Assembly: GCA_965200245.1 (NCBI GenBank)
Contig: CBDATS010000008.1
Span: forward strand, 288,001-352,000
DNA: 64,000 nt
Origin: a bacterium
GTDB taxonomy: Bacteria; UBA8248
Direction of reading: 5' to 3'
Shown here: piece by piece, positions 29,163 to 38,976 of the stretch
Position numbering within the stretch: the first letter of the stretch is position 1
How the letters are laid out: every line of letters starts with the position of its first letter
The notes under the pieces: model-generated
Databases searched by the model: none
Seen by the model: only the letters and a program-made list of their open reading frames with translations
Told to the model about the DNA's origin: nothing
Program-made: the position numbers and the translations under genes

Positions 29163-30671
29163 TTAATCACGATTCCAGGAATGCCACCGCGAAAGTCCGA
29201 TGCAGACGCTTTTCACCTGCGTGTATTCGCGCAGCGCCTCCTCGCCATGCTCCCTGCCGATGCCGCTTTTCTTGACGCCGCCGAAGGGGATCTCGGAACC
29301 GTAGCGGTAGGTGTTGATGAACACGTTTCCACAGTCGAGTTCCGCAGCGAGTCGATGCGCCCGTCGCAGGTCACTCGTCCAGATGTAGCTCGCCAGACCG
29401 AATTCCGTGGCGTTCGCATCCCGGACTGCATCATCCAGGGAATCGAATTCGTGCACAGTAAGAACGGGGCCGAAAATCTCCTCGCACGCCGCCCGCATAC
29501 CCTGATTCACGCCTGTGAGCACCGTGGGCTGTATGAAGTTTCCGCCCGGCTCTCCCTCGGCTGCAGGACGACCACCACCACAGGCGACGCACGCCCCGTC
29601 ACTGAGCGCCGATTCGACATAGCCGACTACGTGGGCGAGATGATCGCGGGATATAAGCGGCCCCATGTCGGTCTCTGCATCCATCGCGTCGCCAACGCGA
29701 ATTCTCTTGACGCGTTCGACAATTTTCTCGACGAACACATCATGAATACCGCTCGGCAGAAACAGGCGGGTTCCGGCGAAACAGACTTCACCCTGGCGGG
29801 CAAACACCTGGCTCAGCACACCGTCTGCGGCTTCTTCCAAATCGGCGTCCTCGCAAACGATGATGGGCCCCTTGCCGCCAAGCTCCGCCAGCACCGGGGT
29901 CACGTTCTGCGCAGCGAGTCCCAGGACTTCCAAGCCGCCCTCGGTGCCGCCCGTAAAGACGATCTTTCTGATATCAGGATGGCCTACGATCTTGGCGCCT
30001 GTCGAGCGCCCCGAACCCGCAACGATGTTGATCACCCCTGGCGGGAACCCGGCGTCTTCCACCAGTTTTCCGAAATAAAGCACCGAGGCCAGAGCGACGG
30101 CGGAGGGCTTGATGATCACGGTGTTGCCGCAGGCCAGAGCAGCGGCCAGCCCCCGTGACATGAGTTTGAGCGGGGTGTTCCAGGGAACGATGATGGCCAC
30201 GACACCCAAAGGTTCCCGTATCGAATACATGAGGCGATCGTTCATCAATGGCTGCGCGCCGCCTTCCAGCTTGCCGGCCCAACCGGCGAAATACTCGAAA
30301 TGGCGCGCGGAAGAGGCGGATTCCAGGCGGCTTTCCCGAATGGGGATACCCGTGTTTATCGCTTCCAGCCTCGCGAGTGTTTCCGATTGTTCGCGCATCA
30401 GCGCCGCGAGTTTCATGATGAGTTTCCCGCGCTCAAGTGCGGGCATCTTCTTCCAGGACGCATCGTGATACGCCCGCCAGCAGGAGGCGACAGCCTCATC
30501 AACCTGCGCATCCGAGGCGGGGAACAACTGGAATATCGTCTCGTTGTTTGAGGGGTTGAGCACGTCTATCGGCTCGCCACGCTCGCCTTTGACCCAGACG
30601 CCGTCGATTAATTGTTGTTCCACTTCCTGGGTGAGTGGAAACTCGGTCACTTTCACCAGACTACCTGACAT
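29163..30671 (-). CDS. Aldehyde dehydrogenase
   Basis: PWN, IKPS, FTGG, ELGGK, GEVC, EEIFGPV, PFGGVKKSGIGRE. Confidence 0.95.
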   Translation of the reverse strand: MSGSLVKVTEFPLTQEVEQQLIDGVWVKGERGEPIDVLNPSNNETIFQLFPASDAQVDEAVASCWRAYHDASWKKMPALERGKLIMKLAALMREQSETLARLEAINTGIPIRESRLESASSARHFEYFAGWAGKLEGGAQPLMNDRLMYSIREPLGVVAIIVPWNTPLKLMSRGLAAALACGNTVIIKPSAVALASVLYFGKLVEDAGFPPGVINIVAGSGRSTGAKIVGHPDIRKIVFTGGTEGGLEVLGLAAQNVTPVLAELGGKGPIIVCEDADLEEAADGVLSQVFARQGEVCFAGTRLFLPSGIHDVFVEKIVERVKRIRVGDAMDAETDMGPLISRDHLAHVVGYVESALSDGACVACGGGRPAAEGEPGGNFIQPTVLTGVNQGMRAACEEIFGPVLTVHEFDSLDDAVRDANATEFGLASYIWTSDLRRAHRLAAELDCGNVFINTYRYGSEIPFGGVKKSGIGREHGEEALREYTQVKSVCIGLSRWHSWNRD

Positions 30672-30722
30672 CAAAACTCCTTTGGGTTAACGAAAATATC
30701 GGTCAGACACCTGCGCCCGGAC

Positions 30723-31412
30723 CTATAGTTTCTCAGTTTCGGGGCCGGACCAATCCTCATCGCTCAGCACGTCTTTGTGCACCACGTTTGCCTCGACGGA
30801 AGCGACGACATCCTTGGCCACCTGCTCATACCAGTCGGCCACGTCTTTCGGGTAGTCCGTGTGGCTGGGCAGATCCTTGATAAGAGGGCCTTCCACGGAG
30901 GGAATGTCGTGTACGCCGTCGAACTCCTGGGAGTAGGTCCGTCCTTTTCGTGCGGCGAATTCCTTGTCGATTGTGGCGTCGAGCTTGAGCCACTTCCCGT
31001 TCAGGTACGCCTCTCCCAGCGAGTGCCATGGCAGCTTGCGGTCGCCCCATATCTTGGCGACTTCTTCGTTCATGAAAGGTTTGTCCGGGCAATGAAGCTG
31101 CTGGAAACCGATGCGCGAGGGAATGCCCGATGCTCGGCAAAGAGCGGCGAACATGCTGGCCTTGCCCATACAAAATGCCTTGCCATTGTTCAGTACGTCG
31201 CTGGCCTGACGCTTCCCCTCGGCGAGATAGCGGAACGAGTCGAGAATGTCGTAGGGAAAATCGCGGACGAAATAATAGATATTGCCGAGTCTTTCCTTAT
31301 CGTCTGCGCAGCCGTCGGTGAGTTCCCGGGCTTTCGATACGATGTCGTGGTTGTTCGAGTCGATAAATTCGGTGGGCTCAAGGTAATCGGCCATGTCCTG
31401 GTGTTCGTTCAT
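30723..31412 (-). CDS. Transglutaminase-like domain protein
   Basis: YL.PT.FIDS, YYFVRD, C.GKA, CRA.GIP.R, H..E.YLNGKW..LDAT triad. Confidence 0.88.
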   Translation of the reverse strand: MNEHQDMADYLEPTEFIDSNNHDIVSKARELTDGCADDKERLGNIYYFVRDFPYDILDSFRYLAEGKRQASDVLNNGKAFCMGKASMFAALCRASGIPSRIGFQQLHCPDKPFMNEEVAKIWGDRKLPWHSLGEAYLNGKWLKLDATIDKEFAARKGRTYSQEFDGVHDIPSVEGPLIKDLPSHTDYPKDVADWYEQVAKDVVASVEANVVHKDVLSDEDWSGPETEKL

Positions 31413-31442
31413 CCGAGAATCTCCCTGCTCAATAGGAGGGCT

Positions 31443-32450
31443 TCAGCCCCCGTTCGACAGACTTCTGACCTCGGGGAGAATCTCCTCTCCCGCGAGGCGA
31501 AGCATATCCATTTCTGCGACATCGGGGATCGTATAGAGAAAATGTCGAACACCCGCGTTGACGTATTCCATCATCCTTTCCACGCATTCCTTCGGTGTAC
31601 CCGCGATTATACCCGTCTGCGGGATAGCGTCAAATCGCCTTTTTTCTGCCTCGATTCGGGCGCGATCATGACTCGGCAGGAGAAGGCACATCAAGGAGCG
31701 CCTGAGTGCTTCGGGGTCGCGCCCCGCCTCCTCGCAGTTGACGTCGATTTCTTCTTTACGTTCGAGATAGCGCTCCGGCGGCCACCAGCGCACGTTGAAG
31801 CCATCCGCATGCTTTGCAGCGACGCGGAGGACTTTCTTCCCCTCCCCGCCGATCCATATCGGTGGCGAGGGTTTCTGAACGGGCGGAGGGTCGCACACCG
31901 CGCCCTTGATCGTGTAATGCTCTCCCTCGAACGTGGGGTTGGGCTCCGTCCAGATTTTGCGGATCAACTGAACGGCTTCCTCCATCTGGGCGATGCGAAT
32001 CGACGCTCTCGGGAAAGGAATGCCGTAGGCCTCGTACTCCTCCTGCATCCAGCCTGCGCCGAGGCCCAAATCCAGCCGCCCGCTACTGATGTGGTCCAGC
32101 GTAGCACCCATCTTCGCGAGCACTGAGGGGATGCGGTAGGAATTGCTGAGAACGCTGGTCCCGATGCGAAGTTTCTTCGTGACTTGGGAGAGGGCACTGA
32201 GCGCCGTCCAGGTTTCGAGCAGGGGAATGGAGCCGGAACCGACACCTCCCGACTCTCCCTCGGTGTCAAAGCCTGCGTCTTTCGCGTACGAACTCGGGTC
32301 GAGCGTCAGGAAATGATCGCAAAGCCACACCGAATCGAAGTCCAGCTTCTCCGCCTCTTGGGCCACCAATTTCATGTCCTCGAAATTTCCGACAGCCAGC
32401 CCCCGGATGGTCAGCGCCATGATCAAACCGAACTCGACACGGGAGTTCAT
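31443..32450 (-). CDS. LLM-class flavin (probably F420)-dependent oxidoreductase
   Basis: FDSVWLCDH, LAKMGATLDHISSGRLDLGLGAGW, PPIWIGGEG. Confidence 0.9.
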   Translation of the reverse strand: MNSRVEFGLIMALTIRGLAVGNFEDMKLVAQEAEKLDFDSVWLCDHFLTLDPSSYAKDAGFDTEGESGGVGSGSIPLLETWTALSALSQVTKKLRIGTSVLSNSYRIPSVLAKMGATLDHISSGRLDLGLGAGWMQEEYEAYGIPFPRASIRIAQMEEAVQLIRKIWTEPNPTFEGEHYTIKGAVCDPPPVQKPSPPIWIGGEGKKVLRVAAKHADGFNVRWWPPERYLERKEEIDVNCEEAGRDPEALRRSLMCLLLPSHDRARIEAEKRRFDAIPQTGIIAGTPKECVERMMEYVNAGVRHFLYTIPDVAEMDMLRLAGEEILPEVRSLSNGG

Positions 32451-32487
32451 CCCAAAATCCTCCTCGTTTTCATTCATGAATAGAAAG

Positions 32488-33189
32488 TCAAACGGCCAGA
32501 TAGCGCGATTTCAATTCCTCATCTTCCTCTAGTCCAGCCACCGTACCGTCGAAACGAACCCTTCCATTATCGATGATGTAAACCCTGTCGGATAACCGGC
32601 ATGCGAAGCGGGCGTTTTGTTCCACCAGCAGAACGGCGATTCCCTCATCCTGGAGAGTACCGATCATCTCACCCAGGTCCCTCACGATGGCGGGTGCGAG
32701 GCCTTCGGAGGGTTCGTCGAGCAATACGAGTTTCGGCGCCCCCATCAAGGCGCGTCCGATGGCCAGCATCTGCTGCTCTCCACCGCTCAGTTGGTTTCCC
32801 TTGTGTGTCCTCAATTGCCTGAGTTTCGGAAAAAGACCATATATGCGCTCCAAAGTCCAATCGCTCGCCCGCTCAAGCTTGAAAGCGCCGATTTCGAGAT
32901 TCTCCTCCACGCTCAGGCGAGAGAAAATTCTCCTGTCTTCGGGAACGAAACCCACGCCCTTTCTGGCCATCTCATGGGGTATTGGGCGCTGCATCTCCTC
33001 GCCCAGCCAGCGCACGCTGCCCTCTCGCGGGGGCGTCAGCCCCATGATGGAGCGTAGCGTGGTTGTCTTTCCCGCGCCATTTCTGCCGAGCAGACTCACC
33101 ACCTCGCCTTCGGCGATGGCTAAATCCACGTCGAACAAGATGTGGCTGTCCCCGTAAAACGTATTGATTTTCTCAACGGAGAGAATCAA
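32488..33189 (-). CDS. livF: Branched-chain amino acid-type ABC ATPase
   Basis: GRNGAGKTT, LSGGEQQMLAI, LDEPSEGLAP, LVEQN. Confidence 0.92.
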   Translation of the reverse strand: MILSVEKINTFYGDSHILFDVDLAIAEGEVVSLLGRNGAGKTTTLRSIMGLTPPREGSVRWLGEEMQRPIPHEMARKGVGFVPEDRRIFSRLSVEENLEIGAFKLERASDWTLERIYGLFPKLRQLRTHKGNQLSGGEQQMLAIGRALMGAPKLVLLDEPSEGLAPAIVRDLGEMIGTLQDEGIAVLLVEQNARFACRLSDRVYIIDNGRVRFDGTVAGLEEDEELKSRYLAV

Positions 33190-33938
33190 AATTCTTCCCC
33201 CAGGTAGGCGAGGCGTACCAGGTCGTTCCTGCGAATTTCATCGGGCGTTCCCTCGGCGATAATGCTCCCCTGATGCAGAACGGATATGCGATCAGCGATC
33301 GAGAAAACCACGCTCATGTCGTGCTCGGTGAAGACGACCGTCTTGTCGTGGGATATCTTCTTGATGAGAGCGATCGTACTCGATGTCTCCTCGATCGACA
33401 TGCCGGCCGTCGGTTCATCGAGCAGGATCAGCCGTGGCTCAAGCGCGAGCGTAATCCCGAGTTCGAGGTTTCTCCGCTCCCCGTGGCCGAGTTCCGTGGT
33501 CGGGTGATGCGCCTTGTGTGCGAGTTCTACCTCGCCCAGTATCCCGAGCGCTTCATCTTGTTCCTGGATGTGTTTCCCGATGGGGGAGAACAGGTCCAGC
33601 GTCTTGCCCCGTCTCGCCAAAACAGCGATGCGGACATTGTCCAGAACCGAAAGTCTGGGAAATATGTTGGTTATCTGAAAGGAACGGCCCACGCCTTTCT
33701 TCACCACCGCGTGTGGAGGATAGCCGGTAATGTCTTCTCCCTCGAAGAAAACGCCGCCCGAAGTCGGTTCGAGTTTTCCCGAAATCAGGTTGAAAAAGGT
33801 GGTTTTGCCCGCACCGTTGGGTCCGATGACGGCGCACAACAATCCTTGCGGAACCTGAAAGTCCACCTCGTTAACCGCCAGAAGCGAACCGAACTGTTTG
33901 CTGAGACTTCGCGTCTCAAGAACGGGTGCTGTCGCCAT
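33186..33938 (-). CDS. livG: Branched-chain amino acid-type ABC ATPase
   Basis: GPNGAGKTT, RSFQ, LDEPTAGM, EHDM, AYLG. Confidence 0.92.
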   Translation of the reverse strand: MATAPVLETRSLSKQFGSLLAVNEVDFQVPQGLLCAVIGPNGAGKTTFFNLISGKLEPTSGGVFFEGEDITGYPPHAVVKKGVGRSFQITNIFPRLSVLDNVRIAVLARRGKTLDLFSPIGKHIQEQDEALGILGEVELAHKAHHPTTELGHGERRNLELGITLALEPRLILLDEPTAGMSIEETSSTIALIKKISHDKTVVFTEHDMSVVFSIADRISVLHQGSIIAEGTPDEIRRNDLVRLAYLGEEF

Positions 33939-34944
33939 GGTCTTCACCTGTCGATAATCTGGAGGTCCATCCCTCGAAGAACCCCAGGATACCACCGGGA
34001 AGGAACAGGACAAGGAGCACCAGAATGCTGCCGACGACGATTCGCCAGTACTCCATAAAATTCAAGACCGTGTCCCGGATGAAAAGGAGGAGTCCTGCAC
34101 CAAAGGCCGGCCCCAGAAAGGAATACATGCCGCCCAGGATCGTCATCAGAACGATCTCGCCCGACTGGGTCCAGTAGAGCAAATCGGGCGAAATATACCC
34201 CTGAAAAGTCGAGTAGAGGCCGCCCGCGAACCCGCCGAAGGTTCCTGCGATGATGAAGGCGTACAGCTTGTACCTGTGCACGGGCAGACCGATGAACTCC
34301 ACGCGTTCGGGATTTTCTCGAATGGCCTGCAACACCCTGCCGAAAGGGGAATTCACGAATTTCCACGCGAGGAAGATCAGAGTCAACACGATAATCAGCA
34401 CAAAGTAATAAAAATTCGTGAACGATTCCAGGGAGATGGTAAAGACGCCCGGAATCCCGATATCGGGTTTCGGGATGCCGAGCATCCCGTCGTCCCCGCC
34501 GGTGACGTCACGCCAGTAGTAGGCGACGGTGTAGATCACCTGTGAGAACGCGAGCGTCAACATGGCAAAATAAAGACCGGCCAAGCGCACACAGAATACG
34601 CCCATGAACCAGGCGAGAAGCGCGCACGATGCGCCCGCCACTATCAATCCGGCCCACATGGAGGGATAGACGTTCTTCGTCAGCAGGGCGAAGGCGTAGG
34701 CACCCACGCCCAAATACACTGCATGACCCAGGGAGACTAGGCCGGTGAAGCCGATCAGAAAATTCAGGCTGATGGCGAGCAGGCTCGCTATGAGGATTTC
34801 CGTGCAAAGCTGGATGTAATAATCACCCTGCGCCAGAAAAGGCACGAGTACAGCCAGGGCGAAAAGGGTCATGACGCCGGATCTCTTGGGAATGCGCCTG
34901 ATGAGGTGTCTTGAGAAAGAATTTCCGCTTGCTGAACTTCTCAT
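33916..34944 (-). CDS. livM: Branched-chain amino acid-type ABC permease
   Basis: GFTGLVSLGHA, YFAMLTLAF, TGGDDG, SPFGRVLQAIRENP. Confidence 0.92.
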   Translation of the reverse strand: MRSSASGNSFSRHLIRRIPKRSGVMTLFALAVLVPFLAQGDYYIQLCTEILIASLLAISLNFLIGFTGLVSLGHAVYLGVGAYAFALLTKNVYPSMWAGLIVAGASCALLAWFMGVFCVRLAGLYFAMLTLAFSQVIYTVAYYWRDVTGGDDGMLGIPKPDIGIPGVFTISLESFTNFYYFVLIIVLTLIFLAWKFVNSPFGRVLQAIRENPERVEFIGLPVHRYKLYAFIIAGTFGGFAGGLYSTFQGYISPDLLYWTQSGEIVLMTILGGMYSFLGPAFGAGLLLFIRDTVLNFMEYWRIVVGSILVLLVLFLPGGILGFFEGWTSRLSTGEDHGDSTRS

Positions 34945-34959
34945 GAATCTTCAACGTCC

Positions 34960-35841
34960 TTATATTGTTGTCTCGCCGAACAGGCCGCGTGGTCTCAGAA
35001 TCAAAATAGGCAGCACGAGGGCGTAGATGAAGATCATCGCAAAATTCTCAAGTATCTCGATACCGAACGCCTTGAGCATTCCGATGAGCACCGCGCCCAC
35101 GAACGCGCCCAGATAGCTCCCCATACCGCCCACGATTACGACGATGAACGACTCGATGATGATTTCCACCCCCATGCCGGGCTCCACGCTTCTCATGGGC
35201 GCGGCCAGAATGCCGCCGAGACTCGCGAGCCATGCCCCCAGGGCGAATACACCCGTGAACACCCGGTTCACGTTCACCCCCAAGGCATCGAGCATCTCGC
35301 TGTCCGTAGCGGCGGCGCGGACGAGTTTCCCAAAATTTGTCCGGTGGAGAACGAACCAAAGGAAAACGCCCAGCAAAGGCCCCACCGCGATGATAAAGAG
35401 AAAATATACGGGATAACTGAAATCCCCGATTGAGATTCGCCCCTCGAAAAGCGCGGGGATGGGAACGGACTTGTAATCCCGACCCCAAATCAGCAGAACC
35501 AGATCGTCGAGAATGAGCGTGAAACCATAGGTCAAGAGCAGGGTGTAGAGTCTTTCCCGGCCATAGAGAGGACGCAGGCAAAACGCTTCGATGATGGTCC
35601 CGAACCCCGCCACCACGAGAGGTGCCAGAAGCAGACCCACCCAGAACCAGCTTGGATTTTGGATGATGGAACTTGAGAAAATGAGAAAAGCGCCCAGCAT
35701 GTAGAACGAGCCATGGGCCAGGTTCAACACGCCCAACACGCCCAGGAGAATCGTCAGGCCCGATGCGATCAGGAAAAGAACCATCGCATTGGCCAACCCG
35801 TTCAGAAACTGGGTAAACCAAAAACTGATGTCCAATTCCAT
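34960..35841 (-). CDS. livH: Branched-chain amino acid-type ABC permease
   Basis: ASGLTI..GV.NLAHG, T.FGKLVRA, VIVGGMGS, RPRGLFG. Confidence 0.92.
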   Translation of the reverse strand: MELDISFWFTQFLNGLANAMVLFLIASGLTILLGVLGVLNLAHGSFYMLGAFLIFSSSIIQNPSWFWVGLLLAPLVVAGFGTIIEAFCLRPLYGRERLYTLLLTYGFTLILDDLVLLIWGRDYKSVPIPALFEGRISIGDFSYPVYFLFIIAVGPLLGVFLWFVLHRTNFGKLVRAAATDSEMLDALGVNVNRVFTGVFALGAWLASLGGILAAPMRSVEPGMGVEIIIESFIVVIVGGMGSYLGAFVGAVLIGMLKAFGIEILENFAMIFIYALVLPILILRPRGLFGETTI

Positions 35842-35868
35842 GCGAGGGGGCCCCCTGAGAGGTGAAGC

Positions 35869-35894
35869 GACGCCCCGTGGTTTCTCGGGGCGTC
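35869..35894 (-). terminator. Intra-operon hairpin after binding-protein gene
   Basis: GACGCCCCG-8 nt-CGGGGCGTC. Confidence 0.5.
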
Positions 35895-35914
35895 AACGGC
35901 TCCACGCTTGATGA

Positions 35915-37135
35915 CTATTTCCGGCAGCCTTGGCCCGTGTTCTCGTCGGGATGAGAACCCTCGACAGGAGATATTACCTGGATGTTCGAGAGAACCGGGA
36001 AAGGATATTCCTTGTTTTTCGAGATGACGCCCCAGAAGCTCGACTGCCAGCCCTGGTGGTCGGAGGGACGCATGATGATCCAACCCTCGGGAGCGTTGAA
36101 GGCGACACCGCCCATCGCGTCTATCGCCTTCTCCTTGTTCACGGTGCCCGCGCGGCGGATGGATTCCGCAATCACATGGACAGTCGAATATGCTTCACCG
36201 GCCGTCATGTCAGGATATACGTTGTACGCCTTGCGGAAGCTGTCCACGAAACGCTTGTTGTTCGCGGAAACCGGATAGTTGTGCAGATAGCGCGAACTTG
36301 CCCAGTGACCGTATGGTGCCTGATCGCCCAGCGCCTTGAGAACTACGTGGTTGCCGCCGAAATCGGTGAAAATCTTCACCTTCTCGTACATCCCGAATGA
36401 GCGGGCCTGCTTCATGAACTTGATGAGGTCCGCGCCGAACAGGCCTACGTAGATGGCGTCGGGCTCCGCTTTGAGCATCTTGTTAATGTAGGCGGAATAA
36501 TCATTCTCGCCCAGTTTTGGCCAGGCCGCGTAGGGGCGCTGCGCCTTGGGGTCGCGTTCTTTCAGATAGTTCCAGAACTGCCGGATGACGGAGCGGCCGT
36601 ATGAGAAATCAGACGAAATAGTCGCCCATTTCTTATAACCCAGACGATGGGCGATGACGGCACCCGCTCGCGAGGTCTGCTGCGCGCTGCTTCCTACGCG
36701 CCAGGTGTAACGGCTACAGAATTTCGTGTTGATCTCCTCGGTCGCCGCCCAGGGGAAATTCATTGTCTTGAGTTTCTTCGATTCCTGCAAGACGGCAATG
36801 GCCGCTCCCCCGTGCAAAGGCCCCAAGAGGGCGAAAACCTTGTCACGCAGAATCAGGCGCCGCGCCGTTCGCACCGAACTCGCTGGGTTGGTCTCCGAAT
36901 CCCGGATCAGTGCCTCGAACTTGTGGCCCAAAACACCGCCTGAGTCGTTGATTTCCTTGACGGCGAGGTTGATGCCCTGACTCGTTCTTTTCCCGACGAT
37001 GGAATACAGGCCCGTCAACGGAGAGAGAACGCCTATCTTGATCGTTTTCGCCGCAAACGAGGTGTTAGGACCCGATGCAGCAAGCGCCAGTGCCATCACT
37101 GTGGTGATGAGCGCCTTTTTCCGGAAACTGGACAT
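35915..37135 (-). CDS. Branched-chain amino acid-type ABC substrate-binding protein
   Basis: Signal peptide, IKIGVLSPLTG, AVKEIN..GGVLG, DFSYG. Confidence 0.92.
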   Translation of the reverse strand: MSSFRKKALITTVMALALAASGPNTSFAAKTIKIGVLSPLTGLYSIVGKRTSQGINLAVKEINDSGGVLGHKFEALIRDSETNPASSVRTARRLILRDKVFALLGPLHGGAAIAVLQESKKLKTMNFPWAATEEINTKFCSRYTWRVGSSAQQTSRAGAVIAHRLGYKKWATISSDFSYGRSVIRQFWNYLKERDPKAQRPYAAWPKLGENDYSAYINKMLKAEPDAIYVGLFGADLIKFMKQARSFGMYEKVKIFTDFGGNHVVLKALGDQAPYGHWASSRYLHNYPVSANNKRFVDSFRKAYNVYPDMTAGEAYSTVHVIAESIRRAGTVNKEKAIDAMGGVAFNAPEGWIIMRPSDHQGWQSSFWGVISKNKEYPFPVLSNIQVISPVEGSHPDENTGQGCRK

Positions 37136-37394
37136 GAGAAATCCCCCTGGAAGATGGAAAGATGCAGATCCGCACTGCCGGAATCGAATCCATTGCGGAT
37201 CCGACACCTGGAGCAAGTGTATATTCGAGTTCAGCATAGGAAGCAGGTTAGATAAGCCTCGATTCGGAGTCAAGGCCGCCTTTTTCGCGCCAAAAGTCCG
37301 CATTGTACTCATGGCGGGGGAATCGGCACGGCTTGATTTTCCGTATCCCGTGAACAGGCGACAACGCTCGGTTCCTTCTGGAGGACGCTCCGGC

Positions 37395-38492
37395 TCAGGA
37401 ATATCCCGGCTCATCCTCAGAAGTCGCGTAGAAGCGGAAGTAGGCGAGGGCAGCATATGCTTTCGCCTCGATGTGGTCGTCTTGAATCGTCAGCTTGACG
37501 TGGTTGATTCCCTTGTAGAGGATGGACATGCCTTTTTCCTCGAAAATCCTCTCGACCGCCGGGAAGTCGCGCAGACCTTCGCCCTTCTCAGGCAAACACC
37601 ATCGCATCTGTTCTAGGTAGTCCAACACGGAACTCCAGGCGTTGCGCCCCGACGTCAACCAGTAATTGAGGTTCGAGGGTTGTCTCGGCCTGTACATATC
37701 GAGTCCCAGGCGCGGCCCTACGCCGTCTGCACCGACATCGGACGACAGGCGGAAGATCGGTGTCAGATGGTGCATCTCTTCTATGATGTCCATCACCTTC
37801 TGGGTGGGGCCGTCCCATTTCAGGCGCTTCAGGAAAGCGGGTACGTTGCGCTGCTTCAGGTCATCGATGACGAGTCGAATATAGCGCGGTTCGCGCTCGG
37901 CCACGGCACCTATCTGGTCCACCACGCCGCTACGGGGCAGGGCGGCGAAGACGCGCTCCACGGCGATTCGCTCCTTCTCGTTCTCGTTCCAGCCGACGGC
38001 GCTCGCGACGGCGGCGGCCAGATTGTCGGGGGTTCGCTCGCGTGCAGTTTGTTCGTCGAGTTCAGTTTGCGGCTTGAGTGCCAGAAACACACCAGGGGCC
38101 AGGTGCCGTCCCGGAGGGACTTTCACGATGTCATATCCGAGCATCGACGCACGAAACCAGCCTGCCAGAGAGGGTTCAGAAGGGGGTCCCATCCCTTTTA
38201 TTCGGGAATAGGCCCGGCTCAGGGCCACCTCGGAAGCGTTGGCTCCCGTTTCCTCGCCACGGCGGATGAAATACTCCATGGAGGAACGCCCTGGCTCAAG
38301 CGAGACGAAATAATCGGCCGCAGGTTCAGGTTCGTTCAGCCGGAACTCGAATGCCGCGTAGTTCAAAGTCAGCCAACTGGGCAGGTCGCCGACGCGCTCC
38401 AGCAGGCACCCCCACCACGGGTCGTCCAGCAAGGTGGGGGGAATGAAGCGACGCAGCCTTGGGAAAGCATCTCCGAAACTCTCAGACATCAT
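37395..38492 (-). CDS. Uncharacterised ~365-aa soluble protein; candidate RiPP maturase (possible aromatic prenyltransferase fold)
   Basis: Directly downstream of and co-oriented with NHLP precursors; motifs FEFRL..ADY, LGYD, QIG..RE...IRL, DV...GVGPRLGLD, NHVKL...EAKAY; gene is well supported, function is inference. Confidence 0.7.
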   Translation of the reverse strand: MMSESFGDAFPRLRRFIPPTLLDDPWWGCLLERVGDLPSWLTLNYAAFEFRLNEPEPAADYFVSLEPGRSSMEYFIRRGEETGANASEVALSRAYSRIKGMGPPSEPSLAGWFRASMLGYDIVKVPPGRHLAPGVFLALKPQTELDEQTARERTPDNLAAAVASAVGWNENEKERIAVERVFAALPRSGVVDQIGAVAEREPRYIRLVIDDLKQRNVPAFLKRLKWDGPTQKVMDIIEEMHHLTPIFRLSSDVGADGVGPRLGLDMYRPRQPSNLNYWLTSGRNAWSSVLDYLEQMRWCLPEKGEGLRDFPAVERIFEEKGMSILYKGINHVKLTIQDDHIEAKAYAALAYFRFYATSEDEPGYS

Positions 38493-38697
38493 CGAACCCT
38501 GTTTCTTTGTCGGTAGGATACACGGTATTCGAGGCGGTGATGAGCGAACATTGCTATCGGATCTCCCTTCCACGAAGGACCGAAAATACGCTCAAACCCG
38601 CATGCCAAGAGTCCGAACAAAGTCCCTTTCGTGGATTTTGGCAGACCGAACGGGCAGACAGTTAAACTGTTTTGTTTGATATAGCCTATCGAGAGTT

Positions 38698-38976
38698 TTA
38701 GCTCAAGCTGTTCCATGCGTTGATGAAATTCGCATATGCCTGTGTGCCAGCCGCGACGGCGCTCAACTCCGCCTCGCTCAACTCGGAAGGTGGCAAGACG
38801 AGGTTGAAACTCATGATGCCGTCTTGATGCACACTGATTTGGAACTCCTCGGGAATGGCAACTCCCAACTCCCGCTCCATAGCGGCCTTTGGGTCAGCTA
38901 TTAGCTCGGTGCGGAACGCTTCGTTCTCACTGGCTTTTTTTGCGATTATCTCGCGAACTTCGTCTCCGGTTTTCAT
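38698..38976 (-). CDS. NHLP-leader (nitrile hydratase-like) RiPP precursor; core TQAYANFINAWNSLS
   Basis: I..KA....FR..L.ADPKAA...ELG..IP....I.VH......LVLPP..ELSEAEL.AVAAG leader; GGAG RBS. Confidence 0.92.
   Translation of the reverse strand: MKTGDEVREIIAKKASENEAFRTELIADPKAAMERELGVAIPEEFQISVHQDGIMSFNLVLPPSELSEAELSAVAAGTQAYANFINAWNSLS

Noticed and set aside
27654-30158. 834-aa plus-strand ORF and similar long antisense ORFs (30777..32126, 4847..6088, 62283..63500)
   Set aside because: Shadow frames opposite well-supported genes in GC-rich DNA; no motifs and unnatural composition.
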